Part shown: in pieces, positions 50,564 to 63,090 of the stretch
Position numbering within the stretch: the first letter of the stretch is position 1
Layout of the letters: each line of letters begins with the position of its first letter
From: Mytilus trossulus
Lineage: Eukaryota
Assembly: GCF_036588685.1 (NCBI RefSeq)
Contig: NC_086381.1
Coordinates: 51,398,001 to 51,462,000 of the forward strand
Direction of reading: 5' to 3'
Length of the DNA stretch: 64,000 nt
Made by a program: the position numbers and the translations under genes
The notes under the pieces: generated by a model
Told to the model about the DNA's origin: nothing
Seen by the model: only the letters and a program-made list of their open reading frames with translations
The model's database searches: none

Positions 50564-53500
50564 CTATAACAGTCAGAAAATCTTGCAGTTATATATTTAT
50601 ACGTATCTTCAAACATCAATCGGGGTTATCGTTTTTTCAACATTCACCAAATCTGTTCATTTTGTGATAACTGTAATCATTATCACGTTGAGAAAACGTT
50701 CATGTGATTTGCTAAGGTTTTTATATAATATGGAGATATGGAGGTGCATGTTTTATTAAATCTATTGCAGAAATGTGTTTAAACACCTGTAAGCAAGATA
50801 AGACATTCTTCAATAGAAGTTATTAATGATTAAAACAGCCTCATACTAGCAAAACTGTTATAGTATATCAATTACAATTCGCCTCAGTTTAAACTATACG
50901 TGTTTAATTATTCTAGCATCATATATCTGGTTATGTAAATAATTATTGACGAAATGTTTAATCTTCGATGTATTTAGGATAACGTATAATTCAAAAAGAA
51001 TAATGTGCTTATCGATTTGTTTATTTTAAAATGTGTAAATTAATTCGACCAAAGATGAATTCATTGCTTACAAGAATTGTTATTTTAATGAATAATTAGA
51101 TAGATTATTGCCAAAATTTGAGAACTGAACATTTAACATTCATTGTGTCTAGGTTATACTGTACAGTGGATGTTGGTGTATCCTGTTGTTGCCATTATAT
51201 TCGTAAATACGTTTGTCCTTAACTCAATTTTACTTTAAATTACCTGTTGTTGTTTTCTTATAACATGGACAACATGGACATTTTTTAGTATACCATAAGA
51301 AACTGAAAATTCTAAATGGAAAATTGAGTGGTGACGGTATTCTATCTTCAAAATCAATTATAACTGAATGTCGATAGTAACGCCATTTCTGTTCGGATTT
51401 TTTTCGAATTTCCTTAAACCGTGCACTGCAACAGAAACATAAATTTGTACATACAACGCTATATCAAGGAATAACAAAATTTACTAGAAATCTGAAGTCA
51501 AATGTCTATCAGATTTGTAAAATCGCCTAAACTTTATATATACTAGTGAACAAAAGAAACTATACAAGACAGTGTATTTTCTATATATAATGAAATGGAT
51601 ACCCTGTGCCAAGGTAACTAATTGTCCAATTGGTCTAAATTTTACAAAGAGTTGTTTTCTTATCAAACTGATAGATTTAAGCTAAAGATACGATCTTTTT
51701 GTTGTTGGATTTTTTTGTTGTTGTAGGGATAACGTATATACATGTTGTATAACTGTTATTAGGAAAATATTTTAGTTTCATATCTTTCAAGTGAATTATA
51801 AGTCCAATGTGATGGGTGTACAAACATTTTATTGATATGTATTACCTGTATTTTTACAGTCTATATATATATATAGTACACAATGTTACTATAATAAACA
51901 AATTCGTATTTGTATTCTTATTCTTAGATCAAAAATATATTGTTTTACTAGAAAATCCAAAAAATGGTATTAGAATTTAAAGATTTGAATGCGCTTGCAG
52001 AGAACACCTGATTTTCATCTTCAAAATCAAATGCCGACTTTTTTTATCATTTTATACAAAATACACTTGTTCCCTGTGTTCAAATAACTCAGTGTTCTCT
52101 AACTTTCCAATTTGGTCAGATTATTTTGGTCGTATGCCCTTGCTTTGTAAATAAATGTGTTTTTTTTATATTTTTACAGCTTATTTTCAGGAGTTTAAAC
52201 TTGTGTATAGCTTTTTTGATTGACTAGTATACTTCATAAATATTTAATATCAATGGCATATTACCTATATATATTCTTTGAAAATTAACTGTCTCTCTGT
52301 CATACCAATACATGGATATATTTTGTAACTTTGACAGAAATACACATTTTAAATTGTTATTTCCCGAGAGTGTCTAAATTGTCTAAATTGTCTGAACATC
52401 GATTTTACAGTTACATAATTCTGAACTATTACGGAAGTTTCATTGTTTTTAGGATTATTTCAAGCGTTATTTATGCGCACAGTTTGGTTGAATTATATAG
52501 ACACTATACCTTTATTATATGTATATAAATAGTAGCAAGAGTAGAAATTGCTCTGTCAAATAAGGCCCAATAATTTAAAAAGCGTGTCTAAGTTTGTTAC
52601 TAAAAAAAATCATTTATTCAAATTCTAAATAAAGGGTATTTCAATTGGTCATAAGCTTACTAGGAAAGAAGTAAAATCAGCAGTCCCTCCTTAATACTCC
52701 TCTTATTTCTGTATATTTTAACTATCAAATCTAAAATAAGTTTACGCACAAATATGTCACTATTTCCACTAGTAAATAATACAATATTAGTTTATATTGC
52801 ATTTCTAAACATAAGTTACGATTTCAATTTCTACAATTAAAGACACAAATTGTTTGAATAACTGTCCTCATGAACAAACAATTAGATCGACATCTTGTTA
52901 ACGATTTATACAATTTGACTTTGGCATTCATACCACATCTTCGTATCTATTTATACTATGAATACTGTTTAATTAATACATTGAATAAACACATGTATGA
53001 CATACCTGAACATTGCAATAACAATATTTAATAACAACCAGTTTGTCAACATCATATAAATCGCAGCAATTACTGGTGTTATCCAATCTCCCGTTGCACA
53101 ATTTGCGTTATCCTTGCAATCCGAATTATCATTTCCTTCAAATAAACAGATTGAAAGAATATATCATGGAAACTATAAAGGACATGGTGAACACATGAAA
53201 AAAGAAAGTAAGATTTGAATTATTGTCCAGCGTGACAATCTTCCGAAGAAACAGATTCTATAGTTAGACAATATACGTATAGTGTCTTGAAATATGAAAT
53301 GTATTTGTATGAGGCTTAGAAACGGGAAAATGCGAGGTTCTACCGAGCATTTTCCCGTTTCGTGCCGAATACAAATAAAATTCATCTTTCAAAACACTAT
53401 ACGTATATTGTTTTTATACTGAAATCGAAAAAAAATAATGAAAAATGAAAAAAATATGTAACAAAAATTGTTAAAAATGTGTTTTGAATTTCCCTCTTGG

Positions 53501-56500
53501 GGTACCATTTTAGGGAATTTCCCTATGAACGTAGTCCAGGCGGTAAGACATTGACATATTAAGGAATTAGAAAGGGAAAATGAACTTAATTAATAACATT
53601 TGATAAACATGGTATATAAATAACCAATGTGAAGACATAAAAGTTTAAATTCATAAAAGTTTGATCATTGTTACTTTACGTTGTCATGGTCGTGATGTGA
53701 CGTTGTTGATGAAATACAGTAGTTCCGGTAAGGAGGCGGGGCTATTAGGTTTGTTGAGGTCATTGACGTATAGAGGTAACGTTTATACGTATAGCTTTAT
53801 CTGTATAGTAAAATAGCTGATTGCAGTATAAATCTTTTATTATATTATGGTTAGCCCTTTATAAACAGTTTACAATGCTATTCAATAAAAAGTATGAATT
53901 GTTTGTTTGCGAATGGTTCACGAATATATGCCCATAGAGATTCACGATATTATAAGGACTTCTCAACGCAAGTTTAAAGACATTTCGTTTATTGTTTGAC
54001 AATAAATTATATAGCTATATTCTGCCAACTCTTGTACAAACAAGAATGTGTCCAACGTACACGGATGTCCTTTCGCATGCCTACTCGCATACTCATTTTC
54101 CATGGTCAATGGACCATAAAACTGGGTAAAAATATAATTTGGCATTAACAGTAGAAAAATCATACAAAGGGGAATATGTGTACTACGTTTGAAGTTGTTT
54201 GGACTTTTAACTACCTTAACCAAAAACGTAAACCTGAAACTTGCACTTTCATTTTCTATGTCCAGTGGATCATGAAATTTTGGTCAAAAATCTTATTTGG
54301 CTATAAAATTATAAAGATCAGATTATAAGGAATATGTGTACCAATTGCAAGTTTCCAGTTGATTGGACTTCAGCTTCATTAAAAACTACTTTTACCAGAA
54401 ACTATAACCTGAAGCGAGACGAACGGACAGACGAACAAGCAGACGGACAATCGCACAGAATAAACAAATAATGCCCCTCTACTATCGTAGGATGGGCTGA
54501 AAAATATGGAACGCCACAGCTGCCTTGTGATGACAAGAATCATATAATTAAGGGTAAAGACATATCATGTAGCAAATGTTATATACTATAATAATATTTG
54601 ACTATAATACTCTGTCAATTTGCAACATTCCCTACAGATAAATATTACTAAGATAAATGTATATACTATAAAGACACTTTGAAACAACATTGAGTTAAAT
54701 TTCAAACTATTTTTTCACTTTGGTATATTATTACGACACATTTGTATACTATACAGTCATCTGAATATAGCATGGAACAATTGTGTCACACTATCATGTC
54801 TTATAAGTATCGTATTTAGACATGTTTTGATATAAAGCTAACAATTCTTTTATCACAACGTTTCATCTATATAACAGTAGACTATTTGTTTACACTATCA
54901 GACCATTTAACTATACCATTATACCATTTCATCATCCCAAAAGACAAATTTTTAAATAACGGCGAAAATCATCTGAAACATTGATTATTATAATGAGAAA
55001 AGATCCTTAAGGAAATAATTTTGCGGACCTTAGGGAATCGCTTTCAAGATGAATGAATTTATCAATTTTTATGTTGCATTTGCCCTCAGTGATACAGAGT
55101 TGAAAAGACTTTGTGTCGACACGAAAGGCGACACATGTAATGATAATATAATACGTTCGTTATTTCAAGAGGGATAGGCTCAAGTCAGGGATACCTTTAC
55201 CCTTATGCCTCGTTCACACGCACATTTAGTAAATGGCAATCGAATTCGAATTACGTGTGAACGCAGTGTGTAGGTCAACAAATTACTTAAAACCTTTACT
55301 ATATCTTCCATAGATATAAATATTTGGTTTTAAAGTTTGAGGTTAACTGTGCACAACTTATTTCAAACGGGAATGCACATCTTCATTTTTACGGACATGT
55401 TATTTACCATGCCCGGAAATTAAGTAACAATTCTAGTTAATTTATCGATTTTTCAAGTAAACTTTTCTAAAAGGTTTAAAATTCAATTCTGTTATTAGAT
55501 CACAGATTATTGTTTTTAATGGTTTTAATAATGATTTTGTTATTATTTAATGAAAAGGAAACTTAATACTTATACACATTCAGGGATCTACAATCTGTCG
55601 ATACCAGTATATTGGCATTGCATAGTGTCATGGTAGAGTCATTTATCTATCTATCAGTAACTACAAGTACTTTTTTGTTGTTGTGATGTACAAGCTAAGT
55701 ACCCGGCCACGTCAACAGAAGATCTGCTATGATTGCCAATGAGACAAATCGCCACAGGAGACCAAAATAACACAGAAATTATTAACTATAGGTCACCGTA
55801 AGGCCTTCAACAATGAGAAAAGTCTATACCGCATAGTCAACTTTAATAAACAAAAAAAAGACCCAGAAATGTCAATGTAAAACGGTTCAAACGAAAAAGA
55901 TAAAAGCCTTAATTATTTATGTACAAAAAATCAATTGAAAAAATATGTAATACATAAACAAACGAAATGCACTGAATTACAGACTCCTGTCTTGAACAGG
56001 TATATATATATATATATATACAGCATGTGGCGGGGTAGTAAATGTAAGGGGGGTCCCAATCCGTCCCAGACCTTGAACAGAGGTATAACATTACAATATT
56101 AGAACGAACTATACAAGTCAGTCGAAAAAGGCTTAACTCATCAGATGGACAAAATACAAGTGAACGTTGCCGGTTACTTGTACATCCCAATAAAAAAAAA
56201 TTCTATGTACATAACTGACTTAACTGACAGCTAGTACAAAGAAACTTACTACTAATGAAAAATTCATGCATCTAAGAGTAAGATTTTCGCATACTTATTC
56301 ACATACAAATTAGCAGAAACTATGTCATATCCATACGTCCTTTAATCTAGTATAATGATGATTTTTACACCAATGTCATGCATTTTAATTAAACATCTGC
56401 GGTCTTGATTTTGTTTCAGCTTTAAGTTGATAATAATATTTAATAATATATCTAAATTATCATGGGTACGGGATATATGGTTAGAGTTAAGGGTAGCACA

Positions 56501-59500
56501 TTTTTCACCGTACCTGTCAACATGATTTGAAAACACTTGCTTTAAGTAAACTCTCTCAAAAACAGCTTGCTTTCATGATTGTTAAAATTTGGCATAAAAT
56601 TATATAGGCCATCTTTGTGTTTTAGGATTGCATGTTATTTAGTTTTTGTGTGGGTTTTTTTAGGAGTACCCACCTGTATGTGCTGTCTTTCCTGTCAACA
56701 CCAAGTCTTTTCAACTCCCAATTGCTTAGGGCAAATGCAACATTAGAGTCCCATCTTTTATTTTGTTCCTAATTTTAATTCATATTCTACTTTTTGCATG
56801 TTCCTCATTGTGGATTTCACCCTCAGCTTAGACTTAATTCTGCTATGTTTTTTTTTTTTACAAAAGTGTAATTTGGCCAGATCATTAAAAATGTCTTCAC
56901 ACACTGAAGAATAAAAGTACTCATAAAAGGTGTTTGTATCGTGTGACACATTTTTCGTAAAGGAAACTTCCAAAATAACTTAAAAAAAAAAGATGTGGTA
57001 TGATTTCCAATAAGACAACTGTTCACACGAGACCAAAATGACACAGACATCAACAACTATAGGTCACCGTACAGCCTTCAACAGATAGCCAGGCCCATAC
57101 TGCATATTTAGCTATAAAAGGCCCCGATATGACGATATAAAACAATTCAAACGAAAAAACTAACGGCCTTATTTATATAAAAAAATGATGAAAAAACAAA
57201 TATGTAACACATAAACAAACGACAAATCGTTTTACTTTAAAATATGATAAAATGGATGTAAAACCTTCTAAGGTATCCATAAATAGTTCTCCATAAACCT
57301 GCCAGTATGGAATTTGTAGAATTGACCATGTTCTCCAATTCTCAGTATTACTTGGTCCTGCGATTGTATGGCTTGGATACACATTGGCATGATACACAAC
57401 GCCAGCAGCCAATATAAGGATGATAAGTATTACCAAATACTGCATCAAATCCACAAGCTGAAAACATAAATTCTGTTTGATACGAACATGCTTAGAAATA
57501 TATTTTTCTGTACATGTTTAAGCCACTTTATTATGTTTATCAAATGTAATTACCCATTGGAAGGTTGGGTCCTTTAGAAAAGTGTGTATTACATTTATAA
57601 CATGAAATGCATTTTGATAAACAACATATCGTCAGTTATATTCGATACCAAAATATTGAACCTTCAAAAAAAATTAAAGAGATTAATAAATTAAGAAAGA
57701 CAAAACATTAGCCGGATAAGGGACGCCCTTTGTTAGCTATATATAATTACTCCGACTATACATATACAATTCAGTTTTTTTAGTTCAAGTTTCAATAGTT
57801 CACAGTATTCTTATTTTTATGCCAGTGCCAAACAAACTTGGTCCTGGAATATGAACCGACAGAACCCGGTTATCAGCCTAGAATACAAACACGTGTTAGT
57901 TTTAAATTAAACTGTAGCAATGTTACCATGATTAATGAACAGGATGAGTATTTCGACCAAAAAAGTCTCTTCGGTAGATATCCTTATATATTGATGTCTG
58001 CTAATCATTTACTTTGAATTGAAATGAATTGAAATTGTTGATTTTGTTAACGCTGACATGCTGTCGATACATCGATACTTTCACAACTATAATTTGTTTA
58101 TATTATCCATTTGTTTGATCATTTTTTTATAATAGTTTTTGCCATTGATTTTGTCATTTGATAGGACAATTTCCATTTGGATTTTTCAAGAAGTTGTTTA
58201 TTTTACTTCTTACAAGATAGTTGAGATCTCAAAATTTATTTTTGTTAAGTAACATGTTAAGAAATACTGTTTGGATTAACGGTTACCTTTGAATATTGCC
58301 TGGATGTTGCATGTCGGATAATAGATCATTGCAAAATGCTTTGAGTTCTTGCGAAAGGGACGACATAAATTCAATAAATCAATTAATGTATAAACGATGT
58401 ATTTTGAACTTTTAAATGAACGGTCCTGTTCTTCAAAATCTTTTTTTTTAATTTGGACCCAATTTTATATCACGTGTTATAAATACATTAGCACTAAAAC
58501 AACAATTTTATATGTGCTTGTTTTTGTTCAAAACGTAAAACCATAGTCACCATGTCATGATTTTGTCTACTTTCATTAGGAGTTACAGCATAATAAAATC
58601 AACGGTACCAATTTTGTTGCACCAGATGCGCATTTCGACAATAAATGTCTCTTCAGTCATGCTCGTGGCCAAAATATTTGATATCCAAAGCATATATAAA
58701 AGATGAAGAGCTATAATCCAAAAGGTCCAAAAAGTATAGCCAAATTCATGAGGAATCAGAGCTTTGCATGAGGGAGATACGTTCCTTAATTTATAATAAT
58801 TTCTAATATTTTGTAACAACAAATTTTAATAACACAAAAAATCCGTATTTTCATGCCAGTACTGAAGTACTGGCTACTGGGCTAGTGGCATAACTGTATT
58901 GTAAACAACAAAAGAGTGTCTAATCTGCATTGAACTGTTCTTTTATTCTATACTGGTGTTGTAATTGTTTGTATAGTATTGGATTGAATATGGTTTGTGG
59001 AACCTCTAAATCAAAGAAGGAATAATTGCACTTATTTTTACGTTAGTGGTCCCATCAAAATTACCTATATACAACGTTGGTTGTGAGACCCTTAAATTAA
59101 AAGAAGACAATACAGCTTTTTTTTACATGAAGGGTCCTATTGAAATTAGCTATACATATACCGTAGATTATAAGACCCCTTAATAAAAGAGACATTATAG
59201 TACTCTTTTACCTTTTGGGTCATATCATAATTACCTATATATAATATAGGTTGTTAGACTCCTAAAGTAAAAGAAGACATTAAATCACTCTTTTGCTATG
59301 AGCATCCGAAATAGTTTAATCAGAAACAAAATGAAAGGACGTCAAGATATAGAATTTCATTCACTTAAGCTGGGGTCACACATTCACGATTTTTACTACA
59401 GTTCTTGACAGGACCATTCCCGATTAAAATTTATTAAAAGTCCGATCAAGATCCTGTGAATCGTGGATGGAAATTCAAACTTAAATTAAAATTTGTGAAA

Positions 59501-62500
59501 AAAATAATTTGATCACGACAACAATCAGATAGTGTCCAGGAAGCACCGATATTCAACCGTTTCTAAGCAAATAAGTCCCGATAATCCCGTTCTGAATCCG
59601 CTTCTAATCCGATTTGTATTTTTCGCCAGGTAAAATTCGACCGAGTCTGTCACGACTGCGTCCCGACTCTACCGAATGTAATCCGACTAAGATCAGACAG
59701 TGACCAGACAGTGAACCGACGCTGACGGAAGTTATTTGTTCGAAAACTGTCGGCATATTCGGGATGATCAGGTACGGTCGGAACGTAATCCTATCACGGT
59801 CCGCTCTACCGCACTGCAAACGGCTTTGTCTTGTATTCTGTAGTTGTCGGGACTCTGACGTGGGTATCATTGACGAATTTCGTATTAATAACGGGACTCA
59901 ATCGTCAGAAAAACAGCAATGAAAAATTACTCCGGATCATTCCCGTTCAACAGGACACCGTCCAGAATACACAAGACATTGTTCGGAATTCAATCCGATA
60001 CAGCAGAATCTGTCACCACAAAGCCACGATTGTAATCCGATTAGACAAAATCGGCTGAGTTGCCCCGAATGTTACGGGACGCACCTAACTGTCGGGATGC
60101 TTTGCCGAACTATTCGGACCCTTCCCGATCCGTAGGAATCTGTTACGAACTAAAACGAATTTGTTCAGACAATGATAGGACATTCCAGATAATTGAGGAT
60201 AGCAATCCGACTTTTTCACTTCTTATATCGTATTGCTGTCTGATCTCAAACGGGAGCAATAATCGGCAATGTGTGAACCCCGCATTACAAAAAGATTAAG
60301 TTTTGATATTAATACCAAAAAATATGTTGATGAAGTGGGACCCCTAAAGTCAAATAAAAAAATGTCAGGACCCCTAAACTACTTTCACTTTAGGGGTCCC
60401 TACGCAACTGTTAAAGGGAAGAGGGTCCCACAGTATATACAAAATGCTATATACTGTTGTTTTTAAAATATATACTGGTGAATTAATTGTTTACATTGTA
60501 TTGGCTTGTATATAGCATGTAGAGGTTGTTGGAATTTTTTTAATTCTATCATTTCTAACAATAGTCACATTAGATTAAATCAAATTACATAGGCTAAATT
60601 ATAGTACATTCGTTTCTTAATTTGTAAATATATTATACTAACCATTTCTTTCACCATGATTATGATTATACCAAACCGTTTAGACAATAACAGGAAATTT
60701 AATAGTCGAAGGAACATGATAAACAAAGCTATACTGTATATTCGCCTTGTATGTGCTATCAAATCTGAGTCCAAAATATGCATGCAAAATCCGAGTATGT
60801 ACAATATGAAGCACAGCAAATCCAAAATGTTCCAAATATTAAATATGTGGAGAAATATTCTTTGTGGTGACCAGTGGCAATCTTTTTGCGGACGAATCTA
60901 TAATGAAAACAATATGGAATTACCATACAACCTGCACAATATATACCTGTCATCAGGTAAAGGAAATACAATTATGTAATAGTAACTTTCATTTTCATGT
61001 CCATTAGTTAAACAAAGAACAACAGGCAGATGAATAAACAGCAAAAAAAATGTATAGCATGCTTTACAAGAGAGGACCCAGTATAAATATATTTGCATCA
61101 TAATTATCAACATTTTAAAGTATAACTATCATTACTAAAGGCAACAGTAGTATACCACTGTTCAAAATTCACAAAACGATAGAGAAAAACAAATCCGGGC
61201 AACAAACCAGAACCGACGGAAATGTATCAAATATAAGAGAACTACGACACAACAGAGACGCAACAACGACTATACTCGAACTATAATGTAACAATTGCCA
61301 TTTTCCTGTCTTCGTACAGGGCATTTTATGAAGAAAAAAAATGGTGGTTTGAACCTAGTTTTGTGGCATGCCAAACCTCCTGCTTTAATGGCAATGTTAA
61401 TTATAATTTTAAGATGAGAACATTACACGACAGGGTGACAAAAAATAAACAGATAAACGGTAGAAAATATAGGACAGAGAAACAAACGAATATTATTCAC
61501 TTACCATGCTCCATATTTCCTCTAATAAATCACCCAACATGTATATGAAGATCAAACCTTCTAGTAGATTAATTGAACCAGGCTGCAGGTCCCGAGTGAG
61601 GAAATAGCTGAACATCATTAAAGCCGTGATGAAAAATAACTGAAACATTAGTTTATTTTTTATAAAGAAGACCAATGTTGTCAGTTTAATTTGGATTTCA
61701 ATAATCATTAAATGACTGGACATCCGTATATATAATAACATACATTTTAAAGGCAATGTTTCGGTATTAGTTAAATCACCCTGCTATCATCAAATAAACA
61801 TTATGAAATGTAAAACTGGTAAGGGAAATTGTTGTTATTTTGTATCCTATTTTACCACGGATGAAATCTTTGCATTATGACTGCTGTTCTATTGATATGT
61901 ATAAGCCATCAAAAAAATGTTGGACATATATCAACATAGAATGTTACGAGTAGCTACGATTCCGGACCCATGTTTTGTTGAGTTATTTTATTATTATATT
62001 ATCTTTTGGATTTCAAATATTTGAGATTGAGCAATGTTTAAGATATATTATCAGTCCAAATTCACACTTTATTTTATCAAAAATACTGTGGTGGTACATT
62101 TATGACTATTAATACTACGTAAGAACAGATTGGTACTCTGGCTTCAGGACCGGTACTAGCATTTAATACTTTGATTAAATATTTTTTCTGTATATATCCT
62201 TAAAGAACATTCTAACTAGAAAACAACAACGACATTCTGAACTAGAACAAATTCATAACGATTTTTTAAAAAATTCTGAAGGGTGCGGGAATTTATCGCT
62301 ACATTGAAGACCTGTTGGTGACCTTCTGATGTTGTTGTTTTTTCTTTAGTCGGGTTGTTGTCTGTTTGACACATTCCCCATTTCCTTTCTCAATTTTATT
62401 TGGTATAATTTGAAATCGAATATCCACAAAAATGCATTACAATACATTTGTACTTGCAGTTTTAAAAGACAGGAAATTAAACAAACCATACGTCACCAAC

Positions 62501-63090
62501 TAAAAAGACTGTTATTGTGTTGAATTATGGGTGTGAGTCCACGTCACTCTTTTTTAAGTATATATTCATCGTGTGCTTTTATATTTACATGATATACCAA
62601 ATATCCTAACTCAATTTTTTATCAAGTATATCCCAATGTGTACAATGTATTTCTTAATGCGTCATTAAATTTGAATATTGTTTTGAATACATTATAATAG
62701 AATTTAGGATGGAAATCGGGAATGCGTCAATAAGACAATAACCCGACCATCGACCAGACACAGCTGCAGACCACCAATAGTTCTTCAATGTAGCGTGAAT
62801 CTTCCGCACTCGGAGGTGTCCTTCAGCCTGCCCCTTAACAACTATGTTACTAGTTCAGTGATAATGTACGTCACACTTACTCCGAATTATACACAAGAAA
62901 CTAAAATTAAAAATCATACAAGAGTAACAAAGACCAGAAGCTCTTGACTTCGGACAGGCCCTAAAAATGCTGTTTTTATAGATCTCATCAGCCTATACCT
63001 CTAGTCATTGTATAAACTCACTATGTGGATAACTATCATTGTAACCGGTGCTGTAACAATTGATAGCTTAGACTTTTTTCTCCAGTGGTT
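50451..63090 (-). CDS. TRPM-like (TRPM2-like/TRPS-like) cation channel, paralog B; 5'-partial; exons (transcript order) 63090-63022, 61639-61505, 60897-60643, 57457-57265, 53135-53006, 51425-51244, 50563-50451
   Basis: Same intron positions and phases as paralog A; WNILD, FLRLL, PYWQVYGELFMD, NWLLLNIVIAMFS, WRYYR...PSPL; TGA at 50453-50451. Confidence 0.92.
51244..51425 (-). CDS. TRPM-like B TRP-domain exon
   Basis: ARFKEIRKKSEQKWRYYRHSVIIDFEDRIPSPLNFPFR...KCPCCPC; 182 nt, same as paralog A. Confidence 0.9.
53006..53135 (-). CDS. TRPM-like B outer pore-S6 exon
   Basis: GNDNSDCKDNANCATGDWITPVIAAIYMMLTNWLLLNIVIAMFS. Confidence 0.9.
53268..53411. repeat. ~145-bp imperfect palindrome
   Basis: acaatatacgtatagtgt...gaaacgggaaaatgc[gaggttctaccga]gcattttcccgtttc...acactatacgtatattgt. 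Confidence 0.8.
54038..54505 (-). mobile_element. pearl/HINE-like element with two ~160-bp core repeats and a GACG/GACA microsatellite
   Basis: Duplicated cattttc(c/t)atg..ca.tgga.cat and ggaatatgtgtac...gttg.ttggactt; gacgaacggacagacgaac. Confidence 0.6.
57265..57457 (-). CDS. TRPM-like B S5-pore exon
   Basis: LVDLMQYLVILIILILAAGVVYHANVYPSH...IPYWQVYGELFMDTLE. Confidence 0.92.
58583..58885 (-). mobile_element. ~300-bp hammerhead-bearing repeat monomer
   Basis: Colinear with 1238-1460 upstream of the ribozyme; ccagtactgaagtactgg hairpin at its 5' end. Confidence 0.7.
58612..58674 (-). ncRNA. Type I hammerhead ribozyme, second subfamily (near intact)
   Basis: Minus strand: GCAUGA CUGAAGA GACA-uuuau-UGUC GAAA UGCGCA UC^ UGGUGC. 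Core intact, one G:G mismatch in stem I, palindromic stem III AUGCGCAU. Confidence 0.8.
58990..59295 (+). repeat. Degenerate ~85-bp tandem repeat (~3.5 units)
   Basis: Recurring gacc(c/t)taaa..aaaaga(a)gaca ... ggtc..at..aatta.ctata. Confidence 0.6.
59369..60284. mobile_element. ~915-bp non-autonomous DNA transposon (PIF/Harbinger-like)
   Basis: TIRs ggggtcacacattcacgatt / aatcggcaatgtgtgaacccc; flanked by taa/tta; visibly more GC/CpG-rich than its flanks. Confidence 0.7.
60643..60897 (-). CDS. TRPM-like B S3-S4 exon
   Basis: IRPQKDCHWSPQRIFLHIFNIWNILDLLCF...FLRLLNFLLLSKRFGIIIIMVKEM. Confidence 0.92.
61136..61490 (+). repeat. Interspersed repeat family D, diverged copy
   Basis: taaaggcaacagtagtataccactgttcaaaattcac... 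Confidence 0.7.
61505..61639 (-). CDS. TRPM-like B S1-S2 exon
   Basis: LFFITALMMFSYFLTRDLQPGSINLLEGLIFIYMLGDLLEEIWSM. Confidence 0.9.
63022..63090 (-). CDS. TRPM-like B pre-S1 exon: NHWRKKSKLSIVTAPVTMIVIHI
   Basis: tttcag/gtgagt junctions, 69 nt, VTAP motif. Confidence 0.82.

Noticed and set aside
57943-57978. Additional active hammerhead (minus strand)
   Set aside because: Core reads CCGAAGA and stem I does not pair; counted only as a decayed remnant
59604-60466. Cluster of 65-88 aa ORFs
   Set aside because: Mostly within a GC-richer TIR element; no transposase motifs; chance ORFs
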